Source: Clostridium sp. CAG:793
GTDB taxonomy: Bacteria; Bacillota; Clostridia; TANB77; CAG-508
Direction: 5' to 3'
NCBI GenBank assembly: GCA_000433915.1
Contig: HF993639.1
Span: forward strand, 1-59,632
DNA: 59,632 nt
The position numbers were made by a program, and so were the translations under genes. Each line of letters starts with the position of its first letter. The first letter of the stretch is position 1. Shown here one piece after another: positions 39,565 through 48,193 of this stretch. Under the pieces are notes generated by a model. The model ran no database searches. It was not told where the DNA came from and worked only from the letters and a program-made list of their open reading frames with translations.

Positions 39565-39918
39565 TTATAGTTTGATTTTTATATCAACACCTGCTGGTAG
39601 TTCTATTTTTGTTAAACTATCAACTGTTTTTTGAGTTGGATATAAAATGTCAATAACTCTTTTGTGAGTTCTTAGCTCAAATTGTTCTCTTGAATCTTTG
39701 TGTTTGTGTGGAGAACGTAATATTGTTACAATTTCCTTTTCTGTTGGAAGTGGAATAGGTCCTGAAACTTTTGCTCCTGTCTTTCTAGCAGTATCTACTA
39801 TCTTTTCAGCAGACTGTTCTAGAATTACATGGTCATAAGCCTTTAGTCTTATTCTGATTTTTTCACTTTTTGCAGCTGTTGTTGTAACTGTTTTTCCGCT
39901 ATTCTTCTTTGTTGCCAT
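39565..39918 (-). CDS. rpsJ: 30S ribosomal protein S10 (N-terminal extension of about 13 aa)
   Basis: The core is [11 protein letters not shown]...[15 protein letters not shown]. The sequence [19 protein letters not shown] precedes it. An AAGGAGGG RBS is present. Confidence 0.95.
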   Translation of the reverse strand: MATKKNSGKTVTTTAAKSEKIRIRLKAYDHVILEQSAEKIVDTARKTGAKVSGPIPLPTEKEIVTILRSPHKHKDSREQFELRTHKRVIDILYPTQKTVDSLTKIELPAGVDIKIKL

Positions 39919-40156
39919 TTTGTTTTTCCCTCCTTAAAATTTTTAATTTCGGTCGGAAGTTATAAACGCACCCTGGTGTTTCTTTTATTACCATTATAAA
40001 ATCCCAAGTTGCATGAATATCTTGGGGCTAAAGTGCTTTAATATTTATAAAACTTGCCGCCTGGTCTTAGCCATGACATACTCCATAAGAGTTCCCTGCA
40101 TCGCTTGATATTACTAGTGTGCAGCCACATCTTACTTCATTGCTCTTTTTACATGC
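39919..40156 (-). promoter_or_regulatory. Long (about 235 nt) structured 5' leader of the S10 operon, class unknown
   Basis: It lies between a consensus promoter and the rpsJ RBS and is locally more GC-rich than the surroundings. Stems include CTGCA/TGCAG and a hairpin CCCAAG-N12-CTTGGG followed by AUUUUAUAAU (attenuator-like). Confidence 0.45.
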
Positions 40157-40162
40157 TTATTT

Positions 40163-40191
40163 ATTATATAATGTTTTTGCTATAAAGTCAA
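40163..40191 (-). promoter_or_regulatory. Sigma-A promoter of the S10 operon
   Basis: On the minus strand: TTGACT (40186-40191), 17 nt, then TATAAT (40163-40168). Confidence 0.65.
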
Positions 40192-40231
40192 GTATTTTTG
40201 CTAATTTTGTCTGTTCTTTGCTTTAAAAATG

Positions 40232-40264
40232 TAAAAAAGGCATTAACGAATTTGTTAATACCTT
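40232..40264 (-). terminator. Terminator of rplM-rpsI
   Basis: On the minus strand AAGGUAUUAAC pairs with GUUAAUGCCUU (one G-U pair), followed by UUUUUUAC. Confidence 0.7.
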
Positions 40265-40284
40265 TTTTATTATATATTTTTTGA

Positions 40285-40689
40285 TTATCTCTTGCTGAAT
40301 TGTGGAGCTTTACGAGCTTTCTTAAGTCCGTATTTCTTTCTTTCTTTCTCTCTTGGATCTCTTGTTAAGAATCCATTTGATTTTAATACTGCTCTATATT
40401 CTTCTTTGCTTGCTGCATTTAATGCTCTAGCTATACCATGACGAACTGCACCAGCTTGACCTGAGAATCCACCACCTGTTACCTTTGCATCAACATCAAA
40501 TTTTGTTGCTGTTTCTGTAACTGTTAGAGGTTGTCTAACGATAACTCTTAATGTTTCTTCTCCAAAATATTCTTGAATATCTTTTCCGTTAATAGTAATT
40601 TTTCCATTACCTTCTGTAAGTCTAACTCTAGCTATTGAGCTTTTTCTTCTTCCTGTTCCGCAGAATACATCTTTCTTTGACTTAGCCAT
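40285..40689 (-). CDS. rpsI: 30S ribosomal protein S9
   Basis: Motifs: [12 protein letters not shown] and a C-terminal [12 protein letters not shown]. Confidence 0.97.
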   Translation of the reverse strand: MAKSKKDVFCGTGRRKSSIARVRLTEGNGKITINGKDIQEYFGEETLRVIVRQPLTVTETATKFDVDAKVTGGGFSGQAGAVRHGIARALNAASKEEYRAVLKSNGFLTRDPREKERKKYGLKKARKAPQFSKR

Positions 40690-40704
40690 TTATTGTTCCT
40701 CCTC

Positions 40705-41139
40705 TTAAAATTTCCATACTTCTGGTTTTTGTGCTGCATTTTCATGTTCAGCTCCAGCGTATACTCTTAATTTTGTTAACATTTGTCTTCCTAAGCTATT
40801 GTGTGGAAGCATTCCTTTTATAGCTATCATCATAGCTTTTTCTGGTTTTTGTTCCATCATGTCTTTAGCAAGTGTTTTCTTCATGTTTCCAATATATCCT
40901 GTGAAGTGTGTATATACTTTTTGATTTAATTTCTTTCCTGTTAATATTGCTTTTGAGCAATTTGTAATTATAACATAGTCACCCATATCCATATTAGGTG
41001 TGAATGTAGGTTTATGTTTTCCTCTTAATAATTTAGCTGCCTCAGAAGCAACTCTTCCTAAAGGTTTGTTTTCAGCATCAATTATATACCATTTTCTTTC
41101 AATTTCATTTTTCTTAACACTATATGTAGTATTATTCAT
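40705..41139 (-). CDS. rplM: 50S ribosomal protein L13
   Basis: It starts MNNTTYSVKKNEIERKWYIIDAE. The ATG at 41139 lies downstream of GGAGG. Confidence 0.95.
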   Translation of the reverse strand: MNNTTYSVKKNEIERKWYIIDAENKPLGRVASEAAKLLRGKHKPTFTPNMDMGDYVIITNCSKAILTGKKLNQKVYTHFTGYIGNMKKTLAKDMMEQKPEKAMMIAIKGMLPHNSLGRQMLTKLRVYAGAEHENAAQKPEVWKF

Positions 41140-41273
41140 GGTAAATTTTCCTCCAATCATAAAATAAAAATAAATATATATATGAAACCTTACGAACCAA
41201 CCGGGGAATTGTTCTTAAAGGTCATATCGCTTTAACGCTATATTATTTTATTACACTTTTCAAAAAAAGTCAA
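41140..41273 (-). promoter_or_regulatory. rplM promoter plus a leader of about 100 nt (possible L13 leader)
   Basis: On the minus strand: TTGACT (41268-41273), 17 nt, then TAAAAT (41245-41250). The leader contains a GC-rich segment CCCCGGTTGGTTCGTAAGG. L13-leader identity was not verified. Confidence 0.4.
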
Positions 41274-41291
41274 GGAATTTTGCAAAAAATA

Positions 41292-41513
41292 TTGACAAAG
41301 TAGTGATTTTATAGTATTATAAGTTATGTATTAAAAAGAAGAAGGATTTACTTCTCACCTTAACTGTGCTTGTTTCAAGCTTTTTAGGAAAAGGTATTTA
41401 TAATTATTCTTTAATAATAATTTAGTAATTATAAATTTTGAGAGAGGTAGATTGGCTTTTGACCAATCTTTTTTTCATGTAAATTCTACTTTAAATTTAG
41501 GAGGTGTTTTAAT
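41292..41513 (+). promoter_or_regulatory. infC operon promoter and an L20-type leader with a transcription attenuator
   Basis: TTGACA (41292-41297), 17 nt, then TATTAT (41315-41320). The leader hairpin AGATTGG/CCAATCT (41449-41469) plus a T7 run sits immediately before the infC RBS. This matches the arrangement known for L20 autoregulation in Bacillus. Confidence 0.55.
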
Positions 41514-42023
41514 ATAAAACAAGAATTACCTATTAATGAACAGATTAGAGCAGACAAAGTTCAAGTTATTGATGAGAATAATCAAAAGTTAGGAATACTT
41601 TCTCTTAATGAAGCTTTAGATATTGCTTTTGAGAAAAAGCTTGACTTAGTTTTAGTTGCTCCAAATAACAATCCAAAAGTTTGTAAAATTATGAACTATG
41701 GTAAATACAAGTTTGAGCAATCTAAAAAAGAAAAGGAAGCTAGAAAAAAGCAAAAGACTTTTGAATTAAAGGAAATAAGAATTACACCTAATATTGATAC
41801 TCATGACTTTGAATTTAAAGTAAAAAATGCTCAAAAATTCCTTGAAGATGGTAATAAAGTTAAGATTACTGTTAGATTCAGAGGAAGAGAAATGAATTAT
41901 CTAAAACAAGGTGAATCAGTTTTAAACAACTTTATTACAGCATTGCAAGATATTGCAGTAGCTGAAAAGAAGCCTATTTTAGAAGGTAAAAACATGTTTA
42001 TAATATTAGCTAAGAAGATTTAG
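41514..42023 (+). CDS. infC: Translation initiation factor IF-3 with a non-AUG (ATA) start
   Basis: The frame is open upstream of the ORF-track ATG (41691) and encodes KQELPINEQIRADKVQVIDENNQKLGILSL, the IF-3 N-domain. ATA at 41514 lies 9 nt after AGGAGG (41499-41504). An unusual infC start codon is a conserved feature. Confidence 0.85.
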   Translation: MKQELPINEQIRADKVQVIDENNQKLGILSLNEALDIAFEKKLDLVLVAPNNNPKVCKIMNYGKYKFEQSKKEKEARKKQKTFELKEIRITPNIDTHDFEFKVKNAQKFLEDGNKVKITVRFRGREMNYLKQGESVLNNFITALQDIAVAEKKPILEGKNMFIILAKKI

Positions 42024-42091
42024 GATTTTCCCTATTTCATTAGTTAATTTATTATATATTTATTTAAAAATTACAAGGAGGAATATTTGTT

Positions 42092-42295
42092 ATGCCAAAG
42101 TTAAAAACAAATAAAGCTGCAGCAAAAAGATATAGCTATACAGCAACAGGAAAAGTAAAGAGAACTAAAGCTAATAGAAGACACTTATTAGCTAACAAAA
42201 CAAACAGACAAAAAGCAAGTGGAAGTGTTTTAAATGCTTATGTTGATAAAACATCTGAAAATCATGTAAAGAAATTATTACCTTATGGTAACTAA
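42092..42295 (+). CDS. rpmI: 50S ribosomal protein L35
   Basis: The sequence starts [14 protein letters not shown], at the expected operon position. Confidence 0.96.
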   Translation: MPKLKTNKAAAKRYSYTATGKVKRTKANRRHLLANKTNRQKASGSVLNAYVDKTSENHVKKLLPYGN

Positions 42296-42318
42296 GTAGA
42301 AAAGGAAGGTGAATTTAA

Positions 42319-42669
42319 ATGGCAAGAGTAAAAACAGCAATAATTACAAGAAAAAAACATAAAAAAGTTTTAAAAAGAGCTAAGGGTTATTATGGAGCTA
42401 AGCATTATAGATTTAGACAAGCTAAACAAGCTGTTATGAAATCAGGAGCTTATGCTTATGTTGGAAGAAAAGACAGAAAGAGCGATTTCAGAAAATTATG
42501 GATTGCAAGAATTAACGCAGCAGCTAGAATGAATGATATGACATACAGCACTTTAATCGCTGGATTAAAGAAAGCTAATATAACAATCAACAGAAAAATG
42601 CTTGCTGAATTAGCAGTTACAGATGCAAATGCTTTTGCAGAAGTTTGCAAATTAGCTAAAAATGCATAG
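42319..42669 (+). CDS. rplT: 50S ribosomal protein L20
   Basis: Motifs: [26 protein letters not shown]. Confidence 0.97.
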   Translation: MARVKTAIITRKKHKKVLKRAKGYYGAKHYRFRQAKQAVMKSGAYAYVGRKDRKSDFRKLWIARINAAARMNDMTYSTLIAGLKKANITINRKMLAELAVTDANAFAEVCKLAKNA

Positions 42670-42672
42670 TTT

Positions 42673-42710
42673 AAAAATATCGTAAAGTTAAAAACTTTAC
42701 GATATTTTTT
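42673..42710. terminator. Bidirectional terminator (rplT and the convergent 199-aa gene)
   Basis: AAAATATCGTAAAGTT pairs with AACTTTACGATATTTT, a 16-bp stem with A/T runs on both sides. Confidence 0.8.
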
Positions 42711-43308
42711 ATTTTACTATTTTGTATTCTCCATTGCTATATACTAAATTTATTTTCTCATTAGTGTTTTCATTAAGAAGTTCTTCATATAATTGATCAC
42801 TTATTTCAAATTCCTGAAATTCTGTTCCATTTGAGGTGCGAGTTAAGTATACATATTTCTCATCATCGCCTATTTCGTCTACAATATATTTTTCTCCCTC
42901 TACTCTATTTTGATTTAGTCTTTCTTTTTCTTTTAAGATAATATCATTTTTCATTTCTGATATTTTATTATTTATCTCTTGATTTAAGTTAATATCTAAT
43001 TGATATTCATTATTTTCATTTTTTCTATATATTCCATTTTCTAATTCTGTATTTCCTAGATATTCTGGTTCTACATTATTATTAAATTTATATATCTCTC
43101 CATTTCTAATTTGATATATATCTGTATATTGACCTAATATTTTTCTTTCTCCTTCTAGCACTTCTACTCTTGCATCTTCTGAAAGTTTCAAATTTGTTTC
43201 CTGCCCCCAATTCTTTTTATTATCTAAATAATTCTTTAGTTCATTTAGCAGTGTCTCACCTAAGCTTTTGGCTCCTGCTACTAAAAGACTTCCTATTTCA
43301 ATATTCAC
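42709..43308 (-). CDS. Hypothetical protein (199 aa, acidic, N/E-rich)
   Basis: An intact ORF 28 nt downstream of the MBL gene. No motif was recognised. Confidence 0.55.
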   Translation of the reverse strand: MNIEIGSLLVAGAKSLGETLLNELKNYLDNKKNWGQETNLKLSEDARVEVLEGERKILGQYTDIYQIRNGEIYKFNNNVEPEYLGNTELENGIYRKNENNEYQLDINLNQEINNKISEMKNDIILKEKERLNQNRVEGEKYIVDEIGDDEKYVYLTRTSNGTEFQEFEISDQLYEELLNENTNEKINLVYSNGEYKIVK

Positions 43309-43336
43309 ATTGTATCCTTCCTAGATACAAAATAAA

Positions 43337-44320
43337 TTAATTTCCGTCTAGATTTAATTTTAGTTCTTTTACTTCTATATTATTTCCGTCGCTTATCATC
43401 CATATTGATTCTTGCTTTAAGTCTGTTCTTAATATTGTTGCTCCCGAGTTTTCTATTCTTGTAATTGCTTTGCTATTTGGTAAATTGTATTTGTTATCTT
43501 TTCCAACTTCTATTACAGCATAATGTGGCTTTACTTGTTTTAAAAAATTATCTGAGCTACTTGTATTAGATCCATGATGTCCTACTTTTAGTACATCTAC
43601 TTTGGGCCATGTTCTTGTAGATTCAGCCACCTTTTCTGCATCTCCCATAAATAAATATGATGTATTTTCATATTGTAATTTTAACACTATAGAGCTATTA
43701 TTTGATGATATATCTTCTCCTGATAAAGCTAACATTACTTCAAATTCCGCTTCGGTTTTAGAATCATTTGACTTAAATGTAAATTTATCTCCTCTATTAG
43801 GTTTTACCACTTCTATATTTTTCTTATTGGCAGCTTTAATTACATTTTGATAGTTTACTTTTTCAGTTCCATTTTTGGACATAAAAATCTTTCCTATTTC
43901 AAACGAATCTATTATATCATCTAATCCACCAATGTGGTCTTCGTCGCTGTGAGTTCCAACCACATAATCTATTTTATTAATTCCTAGTTCATGTATATAT
44001 TTTGCAATATTTTTACCATCTTCATTATTTCCAGCATCAATTAGCATTGTTTTATCATATGCCATTATTAAGCTTGAATCAGCTTGTCCCACATAGAAAA
44101 ATATTATATTTAGCTTGTCTTTTTGTATATCTGCTTTTGTGACTTCTGCTGAATCTGTATATTTTATTGCATTCTCTACTACATTAGATTCTGCTTTGTT
44201 AACTATTCCTATTGTTTTTGCAAAATCAGGGCTTATATATACAATTACTGCAATTATTAAAACAGCAATTATACTTATTATTTTATTTTGTATCTTTTTA
44301 TTTTTTTGTTTTTTACTCAT
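43337..44320 (-). CDS. Membrane-anchored MBL-fold hydrolase resembling the ComEC/Rec2 C-terminal nuclease domain
   Basis: It has an N-terminal TM helix, VGQADSSLI, the metal motif GTHSDEDHIGG (HxDxDH as in ComEC-type domains), and MGDAE...VGHHGS. Confidence 0.75.
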   Translation of the reverse strand: MSKKQKNKKIQNKIISIIAVLIIAVIVYISPDFAKTIGIVNKAESNVVENAIKYTDSAEVTKADIQKDKLNIIFFYVGQADSSLIMAYDKTMLIDAGNNEDGKNIAKYIHELGINKIDYVVGTHSDEDHIGGLDDIIDSFEIGKIFMSKNGTEKVNYQNVIKAANKKNIEVVKPNRGDKFTFKSNDSKTEAEFEVMLALSGEDISSNNSSIVLKLQYENTSYLFMGDAEKVAESTRTWPKVDVLKVGHHGSNTSSSDNFLKQVKPHYAVIEVGKDNKYNLPNSKAITRIENSGATILRTDLKQESIWMISDGNNIEVKELKLNLDGN

Positions 44321-44435
44321 TTGTGTTCACTCCTACTTTCCTTATTTTATATCATATAGTTCCACTATTTTCAATATTTTAAAGCAAAATGAACTCTATT
44401 ATTAAACTATAATTTAATAATTCGAGTTCATTTTA

Positions 44436-45140
44436 TTATTTTTCTATTAGGTTAACTGCATTTTCTTTTTCTAAACCTTCTAAATTATAATATGTGCTTG
44501 GTATATTTCCCACAATTACTGACTCTGCAAGAAGTATCTGGCTTTCTATGTCTTCTTCTATATCTTTATATGGTGATAAAATTTTTACATGACATATTAC
44601 ATTTATATATATTCTATGAATTGTCTGATTAATTCCAGCTTCTTTAAATTCAGATTGTATATTGGTTTCAATATCTCCTATTGTTTCCATTTGTATATCT
44701 ACTTTAGGACCTTTGCTTATCAAAATTTTATTTCCAGTTAAACTTCCTAAGCTTATACTAAATGATGAATTGGATTTCTCCATTAGTTTATCTTGTAATT
44801 CATTTGTGATACTTGTGCATATCTTATTAGCATTAATTACATTAATTGTTACAATTTTTATTTCTCCTTGATCGTTTTTTGTTATTGTACATAAGTCGTC
44901 ATATTTCATTTCCTTCATTGAGTTCCTTGCTGCTTCATTTGCTAATTTCACTGCACTTCCACGTGCCAGAGTTTTTTCCTGCCTCTCTAGCATTGGGGTA
45001 ATTAATTCTATTATATATATTGCTGTAACGTATGATATGATAATTATAGTAATTAGCATTATCAAGAATATGTTTGAACGTTTTATTTTCTTTGGTCCTA
45101 TTATTCTTGGTAGTCTAAATCTTGAATATATAAAATCCAT
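44436..45140 (-). CDS. yunB: Sporulation protein YunB
   Basis: The size, N-terminal TM helix and YunB-family pattern fit (GSLTGNKILISKGPKVDIQMETIG...INQTIHRIYINV). It lies 1 nt after the upstream coat-morphogenesis-like gene. Confidence 0.75.
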   Translation of the reverse strand: MDFIYSRFRLPRIIGPKKIKRSNIFLIMLITIIIISYVTAIYIIELITPMLERQEKTLARGSAVKLANEAARNSMKEMKYDDLCTITKNDQGEIKIVTINVINANKICTSITNELQDKLMEKSNSSFSISLGSLTGNKILISKGPKVDIQMETIGDIETNIQSEFKEAGINQTIHRIYINVICHVKILSPYKDIEEDIESQILLAESVIVGNIPSTYYNLEGLEKENAVNLIEK

Positions 45141-45141
45141 T

Positions 45142-46665
45142 TTACCCCATGTATTTTTCGATAAATAATTGCATTCCTGGAGTTATTTTTTCATCTTTTA
45201 TGTCATTTGTATCTATTATATTATTTATTGTACTTTTAAATGTTTTTGCTATATCCCACAAGTTATCTCCTTTTCTTGTCGTATAAATTACCATATTATA
45301 ATCTTCTTTTTTATTGCTATTTTCTTCTTCTACGTTATTTATTAAATTTAATGTTACATTATTAGATGAATCTATATAAAAATCTATGTCCAGCTTTATA
45401 TTTACTTCGCCTGGTAACATTGTAAAGTCAGATGTTGTGATGTCTGGTCTTACTTTTACATTTGAATCTTTAGTTATGCTATTACATTGTATTCTATGTT
45501 CAAATGGTATATTTACTTTTTTCATTTGCAAACCATTTATTCCATTAGGAGAATGGATAAAATTTAAGTCTGTATTTCCATTTAATATTACTTCCCCATT
45601 ATTTACTTTTATTTCATCTAAATTTATCCTTGTTTCTACATCTAATACCTTGTCTTCTCCTATATCAAGTGGTTCTTTTTGATTTATACTTAATGTTCCT
45701 TTGCAATTTGATTTATTTTGTATCATTTTTATATCTGATTTATCAAATTTTAAATCTGTACCTGGACTATATAAATCTTCTATAATATTTATTTCTTTAT
45801 TCTCATACGCTATTGCAGATATTCCAACTTCTATTTCAACATAGATTGAATGTTCTGCTGAGCTATTTGGTTTTATTATCATATTCTTTATTTCAAATTC
45901 ATAATCAACTATATTATCTTCTGTTATATCTTGCATATCGATAAATCCCATGATTGGAAATTTAGCATTTACAGTATTTATCCTTCCATCCTCTGTTGAA
46001 TATAATATCTTTAATTTTAAATCTGCTTTTATTAGGATTTTATTATAACTTATTTTTATATTCTTATTGCTTATATGTGCATCAACTTTTAAGATCTCTG
46101 CTAAGTTGTCTGCATTATCTATATTTACTGTTTCTTTTACTGTTGTTTTAGTATTTCCCATTCCTAATACTGAATTTACCTGTTTTGTTTTTTCTAGTTT
46201 TTGCAGATCTTTTAAATCAACATTATTTACAAACTGTACCTCCGAATTAGCTTGAATATTCATTTCAAATTCAAGATTTGCTTTCAAATTTATTTTTCTT
46301 TCATTTATTATCTTGCATTCTATATTGTTGAGTGTTACTTCCCCTTCTTCTATCATACTATTGTTAGCATTATCAATGTTAAATATTTGTGAAAAATCCA
46401 AATTATGATTAATGCTTCTTACTCCTCTTGTATTTCCGTCATCACCTAAATACATTATGTATATATTAACACAGCCATCTATTCGCACTTTTCCATCCAT
46501 TACTTCTCTTTTATATACATTTACAATGCCATTAGTTCCTAATATCTCTAGTATGTCCGGTTTTATATCTGGAACAATGCAATCTCCTGATATTGCTATA
46601 TTTTCTTTTTTCTCTGCTATTATCTGGTTTACTGATAATGTACTTTTTTCTAATTTAATTGCCAT
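45142..46665 (-). CDS. DUF3794/SPOCS-repeat protein with C-terminal LysM (SipL/SpoVID-like spore coat morphogenetic protein)
   Basis: The body is beta-rich and repetitive, and the C-terminal LysM is YTTRKGDNLWDIAKTFKSTINNIIDTNDI...PGMQLFI. The architecture and the veg neighbourhood resemble clostridial SipL. The assignment is by architecture only. Confidence 0.6.
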   Translation of the reverse strand: MAIKLEKSTLSVNQIIAEKKENIAISGDCIVPDIKPDILEILGTNGIVNVYKREVMDGKVRIDGCVNIYIMYLGDDGNTRGVRSINHNLDFSQIFNIDNANNSMIEEGEVTLNNIECKIINERKINLKANLEFEMNIQANSEVQFVNNVDLKDLQKLEKTKQVNSVLGMGNTKTTVKETVNIDNADNLAEILKVDAHISNKNIKISYNKILIKADLKLKILYSTEDGRINTVNAKFPIMGFIDMQDITEDNIVDYEFEIKNMIIKPNSSAEHSIYVEIEVGISAIAYENKEINIIEDLYSPGTDLKFDKSDIKMIQNKSNCKGTLSINQKEPLDIGEDKVLDVETRINLDEIKVNNGEVILNGNTDLNFIHSPNGINGLQMKKVNIPFEHRIQCNSITKDSNVKVRPDITTSDFTMLPGEVNIKLDIDFYIDSSNNVTLNLINNVEEENSNKKEDYNMVIYTTRKGDNLWDIAKTFKSTINNIIDTNDIKDEKITPGMQLFIEKYMG

Positions 46666-46690
46666 AGCATACCTCCTTAAACTTTGTTTA

Positions 46691-46719
46691 AATATATGTA
46701 TTAATGTATATAAATATGC
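46691..46719 (-). promoter_or_regulatory. Sigma-E-like promoter upstream of the SipL-like gene
   Basis: On the minus strand: GCATATT (46713-46719), 14 nt, then CATATATT (46691-46698). The sigma-E consensus is about ATATT - 14 - CATACA-T. Confidence 0.35.
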
Positions 46720-46727
46720 ACAAAAAT

Positions 46728-46758
46728 AGAGTAGATATATATTTTTTATATCTACTCT
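46728..46758 (-). terminator. Terminator after veg
   Basis: AGAGTAGATATA pairs with TATATCTACTCT, a 12-bp stem, followed by AUUUUUG on the minus strand. Confidence 0.7.
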
Positions 46759-46771
46759 TAAATCTTTTATT

Positions 46772-47074
46772 TTATTCTAATGAAGCCTTCATTTTTCTTT
46801 GTACTTTAATAATTGGTGGAACAAGTGGGCTATAACTTTCTCCATCAAACACATCGACTTCAACAGTTCTTGTCAATACATCTTTATATTGATAAGATAC
46901 GCTTCTTTTGTTTTCCTCATATTTGACTACAAATATATTAGGATACGCTTTTTCTATTGTAGCCTCTTTTTCAAACGATCTACTTCTCCCTAAAGATCCT
47001 TTTACAATAATTTTCTGACCAATTTTTTCTTTTATGTCTGTTTTTAAATTACTAATGTCTTCTTGGTAAATCAT
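46772..47074 (-). CDS. veg: Veg protein (DUF1021)
   Basis: The sequence resembles B. subtilis Veg, for example LGRSRSFEKEATIEKAYPNIFVV...SVSYQYKDVLTRTVEV. Confidence 0.85.
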   Translation of the reverse strand: MIYQEDISNLKTDIKEKIGQKIIVKGSLGRSRSFEKEATIEKAYPNIFVVKYEENKRSVSYQYKDVLTRTVEVDVFDGESYSPLVPPIIKVQRKMKASLE

Positions 47075-47104
47075 TTAATCACCTACTTTTCATAAGATGA
47101 CTTT

Positions 47105-47133
47105 ATATTATCACTTCTATAAAGAAAAGTCAA
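47105..47133 (-). promoter_or_regulatory. Sigma-A promoter of veg
   Basis: On the minus strand: TTGACT (47128-47133), 17 nt, then TAATAT (47105-47110). Confidence 0.55.
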
Positions 47134-47219
47134 AAAATTTTGCGACTATATTTATTCATCTTTCTTAGAGTTTCAAGTCTTTCAGCTTTATATTACAATT
47201 TCATTACATTTGTATTTTT

Positions 47220-47246
47220 TGTCAATATTTATCGAATTTTGTCGTT
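47220..47246 (+). promoter_or_regulatory. Three helically phased 0A-box-like heptamers
   Basis: TGTCAAT (47220), TATCGAA (47230) and TGTCGTT (47240) are spaced exactly 10 bp apart. Each has 1-2 mismatches to TGTCGAA. Confidence 0.3.
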
Positions 47247-47295
47247 TTTTGTTTTATGTTTACAGTTATCGTAAACCTTCGTTTCGTGTATGGTT

Positions 47296-48123
47296 TTATT
47301 TAATATATATATCTGGATTGACATATTCATTATCTTTTAATATTTCAAAATGTAGATGGCTACCATCTAATGTCTCAAATACAGCTGAATTTCCAACAGT
47401 TCCAATTGACTGGCCTTGTTTTACACTATCTCCTTCTTTTACAAACTCTGTACTTAATAAACTAGAATATACTGTTGAAAATCCATCAGAATGCTCTATT
47501 ATTATGCTTAATCCATATCGTGGATCTTCTTTTATTGCTTTTATTTTTCCATCTGCTGCTGCCTTTACAACTGTTGTTTTCTCTGCTTTAATATCTATTC
47601 CTCTATGTGTTATCCATTCTTGCAATGTATTCGAATAGATTAGTCCATCCATAGAAAATTTAGTTGTTATTTCTCCTTCAACTGGTTTTATAAATTGTTC
47701 TTTTACTTTTGTTTCTTCTTTAGTTTCATTTTTCACATGATTTTCTTCTGATTTCGTATCTAAATTATTATCAGATTTATTATTGTTCTTTGAATCTATT
47801 TGATTTACTGTAATATTATTTTCTTGATTAACTGATGTATTATTTGATATATTGTTTTGAGCGACTTTACTTACAGAATTTTGATTTTTTACTTCATTTA
47901 TGTTTTTACTTAAGTCCGTACTTGCTTGCTCTAATGCTAATATGTTTGCTGTTTGATTATATTGTACAGTGTTTTTCTTAGCTTCTCTTGTTGCTTTTTC
48001 ATCATTCATAGATAGTATTATTGCTATTGATAGTAAAGTAATTGATATTAAAAATCCAATTATGCTCATTACTTTTTTATTATCTTTGTTCTCTTTATTC
48101 TCATTTCTCTTTTCTCTTCTCAT
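47296..48123 (-). CDS. spoIIQ: Stage II sporulation protein Q-like (TM anchor plus M23/LytM domain with intact zinc ligands)
   Basis: It has an N-terminal TM helix, an N/S/K-rich linker, and a LytM domain with HRGIDI and HLHFEI. It is adjacent to spoIID, as in Clostridioides difficile, and has a sigma-F-like promoter upstream. Confidence 0.7.
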   Translation of the reverse strand: MRREKRNENKENKDNKKVMSIIGFLISITLLSIAIILSMNDEKATREAKKNTVQYNQTANILALEQASTDLSKNINEVKNQNSVSKVAQNNISNNTSVNQENNITVNQIDSKNNNKSDNNLDTKSEENHVKNETKEETKVKEQFIKPVEGEITTKFSMDGLIYSNTLQEWITHRGIDIKAEKTTVVKAAADGKIKAIKEDPRYGLSIIIEHSDGFSTVYSSLLSTEFVKEGDSVKQGQSIGTVGNSAVFETLDGSHLHFEILKDNEYVNPDIYIK

Positions 48124-48154
48124 ATATATCCTCCTAAAAAATGTATTCTAAGTT

Positions 48155-48183
48155 CATTATTTCCATTTTTTAGGTGTATATAC
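48155..48183 (-). promoter_or_regulatory. Sigma-F-like promoter upstream of spoIIQ
   Basis: On the minus strand: GTATA (48179-48183), 14 nt, then GGAAATAATG (48155-48164). The sigma-F consensus is GYATA - 14/15 - GGnrAnAnTw. Confidence 0.45.
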
Positions 48184-48193
48184 ATTATGTACT

